From an uncultured Opitutales bacterium (GTDB lineage: Bacteria > Verrucomicrobiota > Verrucomicrobiia > Opitutales > Coraliomargaritaceae), in assembly GCA_937775295.1 (NCBI GenBank), contig CALKBZ010000022.1, positions 15,463 through 79,462 of the forward strand: a stretch of 64,000 nucleotides of DNA. The letters run 5' to 3'. Every line of letters begins with the position of its first letter. The first letter of the stretch is position 1. Of the stretch, positions 38,701 to 48,582 are shown one piece after another. Made by a program: the position numbers and the translations under genes. A model generated the notes under the pieces. The model was not told the DNA's origin. It searched no databases and saw nothing but the letters and a program-made list of their open reading frames with translations.

Positions 38701-39458
38701 TTACGCAGTTCATTCGCGCGCACTGCGACCGCATCGATCGAGCACTTTAAGCCCGTGAAGCGATACGAACTAAAGGCCAAATCCAAGTGAGTCAGGCGGT
38801 GCTTAATACGCTGATAGCGCAACGCTTTACTAGCTTGACGCTTCAATGAGCCGATTTGACGGCTGACCTCCTCGATCACATCGGTAACACGGGCGAGATT
38901 GGCATCGACCAAGGAGAGCTTACTAAGCGCCTCTTTGCGTTGCGCTTTGTAGAGTGTAATGCCCGCAGCCTCTTCAAAAATAGTGCGACGCTCGCCGGGA
39001 TTAGTTGATAAGATCTGATCGATCTGCCCCTGCAGCATGAAGGAGTAAGACACACGGCCTACCCCAGTATTCGCAAACAAGCGTTGGATATCCTTGAGGC
39101 GCGATGCCTTGCCATTGATATAATAATCACTACCGCCATCACGCGTGACGCGGCGAGCGATTTCGACCTCATTAAAAGCAGTGCCGAGTTCGGCTTCGCA
39201 ATCGGTAAACGTCAGCGAAACCTCACAGGTTGGCAGGCCTTTGCGCTTATCGGTGCCCTCAAAAATAACGTCCTGCATGGACGCACCACGCAGCGCTTTC
39301 GCACTCTGCTCGCCCAGCACCCAACGAATCGCATCAACGATATTACTCTTACCACAACCATTCGGCCCCACGACGGCAGTTACCCCACGGCGCAGATCGA
39401 GACGCGTGCGATCGGCAAAACTCTTAAAGCCACTGATGACGATCTCTTTGAGATACAT
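35730..39458 (-). CDS. smc: Chromosome segregation protein SMC
   Basis: N-terminal FKSF...GPNGCGKSNIVDA Walker A, very long coiled coils with a central hinge, and C-terminal LSGGQ plus VLDEIDAALD. Length is 1242 aa. Confidence 0.95.
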   Translation of the reverse strand: MYLKEIVISGFKSFADRTRLDLRRGVTAVVGPNGCGKSNIVDAIRWVLGEQSAKALRGASMQDVIFEGTDKRKGLPTCEVSLTFTDCEAELGTAFNEVEIARRVTRDGGSDYYINGKASRLKDIQRLFANTGVGRVSYSFMLQGQIDQILSTNPGERRTIFEEAAGITLYKAQRKEALSKLSLVDANLARVTDVIEEVSRQIGSLKRQASKALRYQRIKHRLTHLDLAFSSYRFTGLKCSIDAVAVRANELRKKLETHTESMAADEAALATQKTARAELYDNMQELQQRVFNLRSEKENSENQAEFSAIRIKDLEARIAEYQKEVQGLEAQQNELAARARSESENKQLQSDVVDDSDRIFRDRNSELVNSQEQLGEMEAQLQQRRQAVLQAENRINRARSRCTTLEVDLKTYQVKHAALTEALLTLKEEVVILEKGHADIQRILAKRREEQQLSEVALEKARIDSTAILQQFRTMQEQIQEQDRGIARKTAQLNVLEDLQAKFEGFGEGAKAILGDKLRDLVAKDSVSIISKELKVQPAYTSALQALLGQAAEALFIGDPKQALTVIDKLDADQLGRACLQVNLEAGYSKLPGVKLPDGIVPAASVVLARDSNLSEAVTRLLTNCYFAESLANFVRFWKAHPEFNFLLVATQNGEIIDCRGLIHGGRASGKKSSSVIERESDIRRLRSEIDTERKALNTLRQQSTTLEDQRTVAEASVEEQRQRLSELASEVSGLVAEERNQGQKVEHNARSHHKSEEELERLDAHHSDSVQDLEDSKQELVAAEQGLLEERQNGTDLEDAIAHSRETRDQKREALADVRLELAEKKQRLESVDRVLGEVQRETASLQNRIIRRSQEIDTINQQIGQLKGSGARESEKGFELDKTLQVAAGQLSEDRAAIKEMDAMIAGIDGGLAGRRNEGRTFDQEMTRLEIRLAEERSQIGFIESTAQDEYQIELERVDWKAELWEGNVEFDKRVNLDDLDDPDKLAAQPKHERRDPTEEELTEMDGTNWSLIEEEVSELKSRISNMGPVNLDAISEYTDLKERHDFLKNQSEDLWNAKNTLVKSIDEINETSQKLFRETFDKVRENFAFTYEKISGGGESDLILVDSDDPLESGIDIIARPPGTRLKSVTLLSGGQRTMAAVALLFAIYMVKPSPFCVLDEIDAALDDANIGRFCETLHGFTDKSQFLIVTHNKRTISNADTVFGVTMPEKGVSKLLSMRFNKDTNRPDLAGVDNSQPF

Positions 39459-39610
39459 AAATACTAAATATGGACAGCTCGGGTGGGGTAGAAAAGTCTA
39501 GAAGACTCACCCAGAGCGGCGCTCGCAACCCTAAAAGATAACAGAGAAACAGTTGCTAGTGAAATAGGATCTAGCCATATTCACTCCAACCATCATTCAT
39601 TTCCATTTTT

Positions 39611-40459
39611 ATGCCTGAATCTATACAATGCTCCCGTGACGAATGGCCGATCAAGTCCTATAAAGACCTCAATTTTTTAAATAGTGATGACGCCCGCAAT
39701 ATTCGGGTGCTCTGCGAAATGACTGAGCCTGGACTACGCTTCGCAGAGGAAAAAATCAAAGACACCATCGTACTATTTGGCTCGGCCCGTATCATGCCCA
39801 TCGATGTCGCACAGGCTAAACTAGACGACGTACAGGCCGCCATCGGTGACCCCGACCATCTCAACGCCGCTGAGAAGTGTGCGCTGCACCTCGCGCAAAG
39901 CGCAGTGAAAGCAGCGCCTTACTACAAGATGGCAGTCGAACTCGCCGAAGAACTCACTAAATGGTCAATGAGCCTACCAGAGAAAGATCAACGCCGATTC
40001 ATCATCTGCTCTGGCGGTGGTCCGGGCATCATGGAAGCCGCGAATCGCGGCGCTCATAATGTCGGCGGCAAATCGATCGGTCTCGGCATTAGCCTTCCCT
40101 TTGAGCAAGGCGTGAACGAATACATCCCCGAGAATCTACAGTTCGAATTCCACTATTTCTTCGTGCGTAAATACTGGTTTGTATTGCTGGCCAAAGCGCT
40201 GGTCGCCTTCCCTGGTGGATTTGGCACCATGGATGAACTGTTCGAAATACTCACACTGGTGCAGACCGGCAAAGTCGCCACAGCACCTCCGATCGTGCTG
40301 TTTGGCAGTGATTTTTGGAACAGCGTGATCAACTTCGAAGCGCTGGTCGAGTGGGGCACGATCTCACCGGAAGACTTGGATCTATTTAAGGTGGTCGATA
40401 CCGTCGAAGAAGCCCGCGACACCATTATCGAGCAACTGACGGCGCGATTCTTATCGTAG
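39611..40459 (+). CDS. LOG-family (TIGR00730) nucleotide phosphoribohydrolase-like protein
   Basis: SGGGPGIMEAANRGA and the PGGFGTMDELFE signature. Confidence 0.8.
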   Translation: MPESIQCSRDEWPIKSYKDLNFLNSDDARNIRVLCEMTEPGLRFAEEKIKDTIVLFGSARIMPIDVAQAKLDDVQAAIGDPDHLNAAEKCALHLAQSAVKAAPYYKMAVELAEELTKWSMSLPEKDQRRFIICSGGGPGIMEAANRGAHNVGGKSIGLGISLPFEQGVNEYIPENLQFEFHYFFVRKYWFVLLAKALVAFPGGFGTMDELFEILTLVQTGKVATAPPIVLFGSDFWNSVINFEALVEWGTISPEDLDLFKVVDTVEEARDTIIEQLTARFLS

Positions 40460-40467
40460 CTGCTGCT

Positions 40468-41925
40468 TTAGCGATAGACGCGCTCACTATGCAGTGAGAG
40501 CAGCTTCACGCTGACACAAAGTAAGCCATTGAGCGCGAGCCAATAGACCGGACTTTGAAAGATAAAGTCCACAAAGGCATGCCCAAATGCCGTGCTGAGC
40601 CCGACCATTAGCATCAGCGCGCATAAGGTATTGCCCGATGCTCGAAACAGTAGATGCCAGACCCAATAGCCAAAGATCATCAGTAAAAACCCACAGCCCA
40701 CGATCCCATATTCACACAGAAACTGTACAATATCATTATGCGCGTAGTGATAGACCTTTCGTCCAATCCAGCCACGCTTGGGGTGGTAACGTTGATAGTA
40801 AATCTGCGGATAGCTCTTCTGGTACATCGGGAAAATATAGCGCCATGAGCCTGCGCCCCATCCGAGCCACAACTCCTCTTGCGCCATCTGCCAAGTCACC
40901 TTGGTCGTGATCACTCGCGAGTCTTGATCAGCCGCCTGAATCGTCGCTTCAATATCACCGAAGCGTGTTTCAATATCCTGAATGTCGACGTATTGAAACA
41001 TCATATAGCCGCCACCGCCCAGCAAGGAGCCAATCAGCAGCGTCAGCAGAATCGAATTGCGCGCCGAGTTTGAAAACAGCCAACGCCCAGCAGCCGCGAG
41101 AAAGAAGCAAGCCATCATCACGCCGCCAAAGAGAATCCCGCCCCGCGAAAGCGCCAAACCAATCGAGGTATACAGAACTGCCACAAATACAAAGAGTAGT
41201 AAGTGCGGCCCGCCACTCTGGCCACGACGCTCTGCTTGATTGAAATGGTAGAAATAGAGCACGCCACAGGCGCAGATAATCAAGTTCAGGTAGGCCACGC
41301 CCTCATTTCGATAAAAGAACGTACCCCAGAAATTAGCGTTGGATGACTTCACCGTCCACAGCACCGCATCTGCGCCGGAGAACTTTTGCAACATCGCCAC
41401 GATCGCCATCCCCACACCACTGATCACCAAAGCCCACAGCAGGAGCACCGCACTGCTGCGCCGACGCACTCCCACCCACAATCCCCAAACGACAGTAAAC
41501 GCCGCCGCGAAACTCGACAGCACCCGAAACGCATTCATCGGCACATAGCTGGTATCGACCCCAGAAGGTAGCCAACTCACCGCCACCACTTCCTCAACCC
41601 ACCAGCCACTGTCATCGCGCACTTGCTGCCACGCAGGGTTCAACCCCTGGATGGCAATATAGGCCAGAAAAGCCACACCCAGCCAAAAGACCGGAAACTT
41701 CAGCAGGCGTTTTACATTCTGTGCATTACCATGCTCACCGTCCGCCCCATTCCACCTCTGTGGCATTGGCACGACTGAGAATAGCCAGGTCAACAAGCCG
41801 CCCGCCAACAAAGTATGTAACGACCAGAGCTGCACACCTGCCAGCCCCCAAGCCGTAAAGGCCAACGTCAGTCCGCCAACTACAACAACCGCCCACTCAC
41901 GAGGCGCAACAGATGGAGATCCCAT
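40468..41925 (-). CDS. O-antigen ligase/polymerase-like (Wzy_C family) membrane protein
   Basis: A polytopic protein of more than 10 TM segments, with a periplasmic loop containing the YHYAHNDIVQFLCEYG motif typical of the O-antigen ligase family. Confidence 0.65.
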   Translation of the reverse strand: MGSPSVAPREWAVVVVGGLTLAFTAWGLAGVQLWSLHTLLAGGLLTWLFSVVPMPQRWNGADGEHGNAQNVKRLLKFPVFWLGVAFLAYIAIQGLNPAWQQVRDDSGWWVEEVVAVSWLPSGVDTSYVPMNAFRVLSSFAAAFTVVWGLWVGVRRRSSAVLLLWALVISGVGMAIVAMLQKFSGADAVLWTVKSSNANFWGTFFYRNEGVAYLNLIICACGVLYFYHFNQAERRGQSGGPHLLLFVFVAVLYTSIGLALSRGGILFGGVMMACFFLAAAGRWLFSNSARNSILLTLLIGSLLGGGGYMMFQYVDIQDIETRFGDIEATIQAADQDSRVITTKVTWQMAQEELWLGWGAGSWRYIFPMYQKSYPQIYYQRYHPKRGWIGRKVYHYAHNDIVQFLCEYGIVGCGFLLMIFGYWVWHLLFRASGNTLCALMLMVGLSTAFGHAFVDFIFQSPVYWLALNGLLCVSVKLLSLHSERVYR

Positions 41926-41934
41926 AGCAGTGCC

Positions 41935-42918
41935 TTACGAAAAGCTCGGTTGGTAGGCATCGTGCAGACGCAGCAGACCCAACAGCTTGCCACCCTCTGC
42001 CACTACCGGTAACACTGAAATTTGTGAACTGCGATCTTCCATCATGCGCACCGCATCGCCCAGTGCCACATTCGGCTGCGTCGAGATCGGCGATTTCGTC
42101 ATGCAATCCCCCACTTTGAAATTCAGAATGTCACCTTCCTGCGAAAGAATGCGCCGAATATCGCCATCTGTAATAATTCCAGCCAAGCCATTCGCCGCAT
42201 CCACGATGCAAGCCGCACCGAATGGAAACTTCGTCATCCGAATCACCACCTCGCGCAGTGTTTCTTCAGCTTGCGCGCAGGCTACTTGATCGGCGGCGTG
42301 CATCACATCAGCCACTGTCATCAGCAGATTGCGGCCAAGCTGTCCACCTGGATGGAAGGTTGCGAATTCCTCCTTGGTGAAATCACGCGCTTTAACCAAT
42401 GCGGCAGCCAGGGCATCGCCGATCGCCAAACTCACCGTCGAGCTTGACGTCGGCATTAAATTCAGCGGATCAGCCTCACGTTCGACACTGCCATCCAGCA
42501 CCACATCGGCTGCTGCCGCGATCGGAGAGTCCATGTTGCCGACAATCGCAATCACCGGAGACTTAAGTTTTTTAAACATCGGCATCAAGCGCAGCACCTC
42601 CGCCGTACTGCCGCTTTTGGACAACACGATCGTCGGATCACCGGGCTGATAAACCCCCAGATCTCCATGAATGGCTTCAGCCGCATGCAAGAATACTGAA
42701 GGGATCCCGCAACTCGAAAAAGTCGCCGCCAGCTTCGTGCCGATGTGCCCAGACTTACCGATGCCACAAATTACCAACTTACTGCCGGAATCTAAGATCA
42801 AATCCAATGCACGCTCAAAGGAAGCATCCAAACGCTCTGCCGCGAGTTGAATTGCCGCCGCCTCCGCCTGCATTGATTGACGCCCTACCTCGAGTCGACT
42901 TAGACCTGAATTACTCAT
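41935..42918 (-). CDS. kpsF: Arabinose-5-phosphate isomerase (KpsF/GutQ family; SIS plus CBS pair)
   Basis: SIS motif VICGIGKSGHIGTKLAATF, SKSGST, and a C-terminal CBS pair. Confidence 0.88.
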   Translation of the reverse strand: MSNSGLSRLEVGRQSMQAEAAAIQLAAERLDASFERALDLILDSGSKLVICGIGKSGHIGTKLAATFSSCGIPSVFLHAAEAIHGDLGVYQPGDPTIVLSKSGSTAEVLRLMPMFKKLKSPVIAIVGNMDSPIAAAADVVLDGSVEREADPLNLMPTSSSTVSLAIGDALAAALVKARDFTKEEFATFHPGGQLGRNLLMTVADVMHAADQVACAQAEETLREVVIRMTKFPFGAACIVDAANGLAGIITDGDIRRILSQEGDILNFKVGDCMTKSPISTQPNVALGDAVRMMEDRSSQISVLPVVAEGGKLLGLLRLHDAYQPSFS

Positions 42919-43153
42919 ATCACAGAGCTAACCAGTTCCCAACAGAAGGTAAAGCACTTTGCCAAGCACATCTTGCTCGATTCAGCAGCGAGGCGAAAGT
43001 CTGTGGTGGAGACTCAAGGCATGTAGATTCTCTTCATCAATCCTTTGCGATACCATTGCTGTTACTCAAGATTGGTAAACGAGAATCGATTCATGACCTA
43101 CAGTGCATCAGCAACTAACTTCTAATTCAGCCAATTCACCGCTCTTTTGAGAT

Positions 43154-44101
43154 TCATGCCCCAGCCCTCGCGTACCACGCCAAAGCCAGCAAGCCTAGGG
43201 ATAGTGCACTGCAAGCAACTGACCAACGCTGCAAAACCGAGAACCAGCGTTGCACGCAGGCCCCCAGCGCACCGAAGACCACGCCACAGACGAACCCACT
43301 GATATGCGCGGCGACATCTACATTGCCATCCCCCACGCCGAACAAGCCCAACAAAGTCAGTCCACCGAACAAAGGGACTAACCAACGCGGCAACGACAGG
43401 CGATGATCCGGGTCCAAAACGGCCGCCCAAATGCCGATACCCGTCAACAAACCCAACGCGCCAAACACTGCAGTCGACGCCCCTATCGAGTAATGCAGCT
43501 CTGGATAATAAACCAGCGCATTGAGCACATTACCGGCGATGCCACTAAGCAGCACTAGTAACCAACCAGCGGCTGCACCAAAAAAGCGACAGACAAAAAA
43601 CGCAAAACCCATGCCCGAAATCAAATTGGAGACCAAGTGCACCACATCTGCGTGCAAGGTCAGCGCAGTCACCGCTCGCGACCACTGCGAACCTTGGACC
43701 ATGGCCACCGAATCCACCCGTCCCACCGAGACAATGTCAGCACGCCCTTGCCACACAAAGCAGGCGATCAATACCGCAGCATACAGAGCGAACGACCGCC
43801 AGCCGAAATCAAACTCCTGATACTCAAAGCGAGCACCACGCACACGCCCGGCCTCCAAGGCCACCAATAGATCCAACTCCGCACTAATCGCTGCGTACCG
43901 ATTTTTCACCACACAAATCACATAGCGCTCATCATGCAGAATCATCCAATACGCATTTCCCATCGCCAAAATCGCCAGCCCGGCATCTCCCGCTTTGACA
44001 TAATCATCAAACACAGCGACTGCGACGAGACCCTCATCCGGCTCAAAGTCGACTAGATCAGTCGGCACCACACTACTTCCTATCCCTTTCAAGCTCGCCA
44101 T
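43154..44101 (-). CDS. Rhomboid-family intramembrane serine protease with an N-terminal soluble domain
   Basis: HADVVHLVSNL (the H..xxN region) and the catalytic GASTAVFGALG, with a later AAHISGFVCG histidine. ATG at 44101 is preferred over the listed TTG at 44137. Confidence 0.75.
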   Translation of the reverse strand: MASLKGIGSSVVPTDLVDFEPDEGLVAVAVFDDYVKAGDAGLAILAMGNAYWMILHDERYVICVVKNRYAAISAELDLLVALEAGRVRGARFEYQEFDFGWRSFALYAAVLIACFVWQGRADIVSVGRVDSVAMVQGSQWSRAVTALTLHADVVHLVSNLISGMGFAFFVCRFFGAAAGWLLVLLSGIAGNVLNALVYYPELHYSIGASTAVFGALGLLTGIGIWAAVLDPDHRLSLPRWLVPLFGGLTLLGLFGVGDGNVDVAAHISGFVCGVVFGALGACVQRWFSVLQRWSVACSALSLGLLALAWYARAGA

Positions 44102-44157
44102 AGAGCCATCATGCGCTAGTCTTCGACACGCAATCAATCAATTAACTCAACACGTAT

Positions 44158-44922
44158 ATGATCAAAAAAATATTCCTATTCCTTGTAATTCTGGTAGTTG
44201 CCGCTGTGGTCGCGATTTATTTCCTTGGCTCAAGCGCCTTAAATAAAAGCATTAAGACTGGAGTCGAAAAATTCGGGCCACAAGTCACTCAAACTTCCGT
44301 GCGTCTCGATGAGGTGAATCTCTCTATTCTTTCCGGCAATGGCACAATCACCGGCCTCTACGTTGGCAACCCTGATGGCTATAAGAGCCAAAATATCTTC
44401 GCCCTCGGCCAAGTCGTGGTCGATATTGATACTAGTTCCGTCTTTAGCGATAAGATCGTCATCAACAAGATCATCATCCACAAGCCTGAAATCAGCTATG
44501 AAAAGACGCTGATGAGCTCAAACATCAAAGAGCTGATGCAAAATATCGAGGCTTTCACTGGCAGTGCAGACGAGACCGCGGCCGAATCAGAACAAGCCGT
44601 TACTGCAGGAGACAGCTCCGCAAAGCAAGTCGTCATCAAGCAACTCGTCATCGAAGACGGCACCGTTTACGTAGGTCTGATGGGCGCGGGCATGACCGTG
44701 CCACTCCCACGCATCGAGATGAATGACATCGGCGAAGACGGCAACAAGAAGAGCATGCCAGAAATCATCGACCTCATCCTTACCGAAGTGCTCGAATCAA
44801 TCGGCCCCGCCATTGCAGATACAGGTGACATTGTTGGCGGGCGGGGCAAGGACGCTCTCGAACAAGGCGAGGCTGCCCTCGAAAAGGCCACTAATAGCTT
44901 CAAAGGCTTATTCGGCAAATAA
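44158..44922 (+). CDS. Membrane-anchored AsmA/DUF748-like protein
   Basis: N-terminal TM (IFLFLVILVVAAVVAIYFL), then a pattern reminiscent of AsmA-like N-terminal regions. No diagnostic motif was found. Confidence 0.4.
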   Translation: MIKKIFLFLVILVVAAVVAIYFLGSSALNKSIKTGVEKFGPQVTQTSVRLDEVNLSILSGNGTITGLYVGNPDGYKSQNIFALGQVVVDIDTSSVFSDKIVINKIIIHKPEISYEKTLMSSNIKELMQNIEAFTGSADETAAESEQAVTAGDSSAKQVVIKQLVIEDGTVYVGLMGAGMTVPLPRIEMNDIGEDGNKKSMPEIIDLILTEVLESIGPAIADTGDIVGGRGKDALEQGEAALEKATNSFKGLFGK

Positions 44923-44955
44923 GCCCCGCACGGCACGCAACACTTTGACCACACA

Positions 44956-44987
44956 AGCGCGGCTCTACGGAGACCGCGCTTTTTTTG
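44956..44987 (+). terminator. Intrinsic terminator after the 44158..44922 gene
   Basis: AGCGCGGCTCT-ACGG-AGACCGCGCT hairpin with one bulge, followed by TTTTTTT. Confidence 0.75.
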
Positions 44988-45193
44988 GTAGATCCCCGAT
45001 TAGTATGAAACGGATTAAAGAGGAAGACGAGTCGCCCTCCTGTTTTTGCAGCCACACAGAATCAATGTGGCCGAATCGCCCACACTCCTATAGCGGTCAA
45101 TTGCCCAATCAAGCCCTCGATCAGGGACTGGTTGCCTTTTAGGTAAACGGCCTGTCGTTTCAATCGAGACTTTCCCACAAATCGATGATGAAC

Positions 45194-45227
45194 CAAAAAA
45201 AGCCCGTCCTATTGGACGGGCTTTTTG
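45194..45227 (-). terminator. Intrinsic terminator ending the ribosomal/rpoA-rplQ transcription unit
   Basis: Stem AGCCCGTCC / GGACGGGCT. On the minus strand it is followed by a T7 run, and it lies 24 nt past the rplQ stop. Confidence 0.85.
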
Positions 45228-45250
45228 AAAGTGTATGATGATGAAAAGAA

Positions 45251-45841
45251 CTATGCGTCCGTCTCTTTTTTAGCTGGTGCTTCTTCTGCTGCTGCTGCAG
45301 GCGCTTCGGCTTCAGGCGCTTCGGCTGCAGGCGCTTCGGCTTCAGTTGCTTCGGCTTCAGTAGCTTCCGCTTCAGTAGCTTCCACTTCAGTTGCAGCCGC
45401 GTCGACCTTAGTTGCTTTCTTAGCAGCCTTCTTTGCTGGCTTCTTAGAGTAGCCCTCGTCGTTACCATCGATTAGTTCGATCAATGCCATTTCAGCAGCA
45501 TCGCCGACACGTTGACCGACCTTGTAGATCCGAGTGTAACCACCACTGCGTTCAGTGAACTCGCTGGCACGCTCATCAAAGAGCTTAGCAACAGCTTTTT
45601 TATCACGAACACGAGAGATCGCTAAGCGACGGTAGTGCAACTTGCGTGCAGTGTCGTTTGCGGCTTCTGCCTTTTTCGCGAAGGTGATGATCTTCTCAAT
45701 GAATGGACGAAGCGCCTTGGCTTTAGTCAATGTTGTTTGAATACGACCATGTGTAATGAGTGCAACTGAGAGGTTGCCCATCATGGCGGATAGGTGAGGT
45801 CCGGAAACCCCGAGTGAATGTCTTCTTTTGCTGTGACGCAT
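45251..45841 (-). CDS. rplQ: 50S ribosomal protein L17 with a long Ala/Glu-rich C-terminal extension
   Basis: MRHSKRRHSLGVSGPHLSAMMGNL...HGRIQTTLTKAKALRPFIEKIIT is the L17 core. The tail reads KVDAAATEVEATEAEATEAEATEAEAPAAEAPEAEAPAAAAEEAPAKKETDA. Confidence 0.93.
   Translation of the reverse strand: MRHSKRRHSLGVSGPHLSAMMGNLSVALITHGRIQTTLTKAKALRPFIEKIITFAKKAEAANDTARKLHYRRLAISRVRDKKAVAKLFDERASEFTERSGGYTRIYKVGQRVGDAAEMALIELIDGNDEGYSKKPAKKAAKKATKVDAAATEVEATEAEATEAEATEAEAPAAEAPEAEAPAAAAEEAPAKKETDA
45296..45395. repeat. Imperfect 15-bp tandem repeat (about 6 units) inside the rplQ 3' region
   Basis: The plus strand reads gcttcggcttcaggc / gcttcggctgcaggc / gcttcggcttcagtt / gcttcggcttcagta / gcttccgcttcagta / gcttccacttcagtt. 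These units encode the (E-A-T/P-E-A)n tail. Confidence 0.85.
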
Positions 45842-45872
45842 GTTCTAAATTACTTGTGCCGAATAGGCGGGA

Positions 45873-46874
<1,002 letters not shown>

Positions 46875-46946
46875 AATATGCTTTGTTTTAACTGATTACA
46901 ATGAATTGCTAATGTCTGACCAGAGAGGTCATGGAAGGAGAACTGA

Positions 46947-47555
46947 CTATCGGCTATAGAATTCAACGATGAGCTGAACGTTAATGCTGTTTTCAGTTTC
47001 TTCTGTAGACGGTAGGCGGTTGATCACCGCTTTAAGTGCGTCCGTGTTGAGTGTAAGCCACTCAGGAACGGTGCGACCTTGGCTTTCTTCCATACTGCGT
47101 GTTGCAAGCTGACGAGATGAGGTGCGCTCACGCACTTCGATTTCGTCGCCTTCCTTGACGATGAAGGAAGCGATGTCTGTCTTCTGGCCGTTCACACAAA
47201 TGTGACCGTGACCAACAAGCTGACGAGCTCCAGCGCGTGACTTAGCGAAGCCAAGGCGGTAGATTACGCTGTCGAGACGTGTTTCCAAGATCTGGAGGAA
47301 CACATCACCGGTAACACCACGAACGCTTTTAGCCTTTTCGAAAGTTAGGCGGAATTGTTTTTCCGTAATGCCATACATGAAACGAAGCTTTTGCTTTTCG
47401 TTTAGGCCGATCGCGTATTCGCTGTATTTACGGCGAAGGCGAGGTCCATGTTGACCTGGAGGGTGTGGCTTACGCTCGAATGCCTTGGTAGGCGCGAAGA
47501 TAGCCTGACCGAAGCGGCGATTGATGCGAGTTGTTGGTCCAGTGTAACGGGACAT
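46947..47555 (-). CDS. rpsD: 30S ribosomal protein S4
   Basis: MSRYTGPTTRINRRFG..., with the S4 domain RLDSVIYRLGFAKSRAGARQLVGHGHICVNG. Confidence 0.96.
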   Translation of the reverse strand: MSRYTGPTTRINRRFGQAIFAPTKAFERKPHPPGQHGPRLRRKYSEYAIGLNEKQKLRFMYGITEKQFRLTFEKAKSVRGVTGDVFLQILETRLDSVIYRLGFAKSRAGARQLVGHGHICVNGQKTDIASFIVKEGDEIEVRERTSSRQLATRSMEESQGRTVPEWLTLNTDALKAVINRLPSTEETENSINVQLIVEFYSR

Positions 47556-47617
47556 AGTTTTATTCCTTAATAGGTTATCTGCAGACTAATTATATATATC
47601 TAGGTGGCAGTAGCACC

Positions 47618-48127
47618 TTAGACACGACGACGTTTAGGAGCACGGCAACCGTTATGAGGGACCGGAGTCACATCAATAATCTCGGTAACAACCATGCCTA
47701 AAGATTGAAGCGCACGAACAGCTGAGTCACGTCCCATACCTGGGCCGTTAAGCTTGACGACGACTTCCTTCATACCGTGCGACATAGCGACACGACCAGC
47801 ATCTTGCGTGACAACTTGTGCCGCGTATGCAGTTGATTTACGAGAACCACGGAAGTTGCATTTGCCGGCACTAGACCAAGAAATGACATTACCGCGAGGA
47901 TCGCTGAAAGTAACTTTAGTATTATTAAAAGTAGCGAGGACATTAACAATACCGACGGTAATGTTTTTGCTGCCCTTGGCACGACGGATTTTTACACCAT
48001 CGAGATCACTTTTGAGAAGATCTTCAGCAGTTTCTTGTTTTTTCACAGGTGCTTCGGCCTCAGCCTCGACAGCTGCGTCAACAACTACTTTTTTTTCTTC
48101 TACGGATTTTGTTTCTTCTTCGCTCAT
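47618..48127 (-). CDS. rpsK: 30S ribosomal protein S11 with an acidic N-terminal extension of about 45 aa
   Basis: The core is [30 protein letters not shown]...[16 protein letters not shown]. It is preceded by [38 protein letters not shown]. Confidence 0.93.
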   Translation of the reverse strand: MSEEETKSVEEKKVVVDAAVEAEAEAPVKKQETAEDLLKSDLDGVKIRRAKGSKNITVGIVNVLATFNNTKVTFSDPRGNVISWSSAGKCNFRGSRKSTAYAAQVVTQDAGRVAMSHGMKEVVVKLNGPGMGRDSAVRALQSLGMVVTEIIDVTPVPHNGCRAPKRRRV

Positions 48128-48145
48128 AGGAAAGATGGTCTTGGG

Positions 48146-48508
48146 TTACTTACGGACTGGCTTGACCGCACCCTTGCGTGTGCGTGCATTTGTTTTGGTG
48201 CGTTGGCCACGAACCGGAAGACCGCGCATGTGGCGAACGCCACGATAGCTGCGGATGGCCGAAAGGCGCTTCAAGTTGGCAGTGCGCTCACGACGGAGAT
48301 CACCTTCAACGATGTATTGTTTTTCCGCAACCAAAGATGCGAGCTGATTGAGCTCCTCTTCGCTTAGATCGCCGGCACGGCGATCAGCATCGAAACCAGA
48401 CACTTCGACAATTGCCTTAGCGCGTGTTGGCCCAATGCCATAGATGTAACGAAGCGAGTACTCTAGCTTCTTGTTTGCGGGGATATCGACTCCAAGTATA
48501 CGTGGCAT
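48146..48508 (-). CDS. rpsM: 30S ribosomal protein S13
   Basis: MPRILGVDIPANKKLEYSLRYIYGIGPTRA from the ATG at 48508. The 5' extension of the listed ORF would overlap map. Confidence 0.95.
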   Translation of the reverse strand: MPRILGVDIPANKKLEYSLRYIYGIGPTRAKAIVEVSGFDADRRAGDLSEEELNQLASLVAEKQYIVEGDLRRERTANLKRLSAIRSYRGVRHMRGLPVRGQRTKTNARTRKGAVKPVRK

Positions 48509-48582
48509 GATAAAAGATGTTATATAACCCGCGTGATTGCGGGAAAACGGTGATAAGTAGCAGTTAAGTTTAGTTTGAAAAG

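Noticed and set aside
45225-45452. 75-aa plus-strand ORF rich in Ala/Ser, antisense to the rplQ tail.
   Set aside because: It is a mirror image of the 15-bp repeat that encodes the L17 tail. Low-complexity antisense frames stay open by composition alone.
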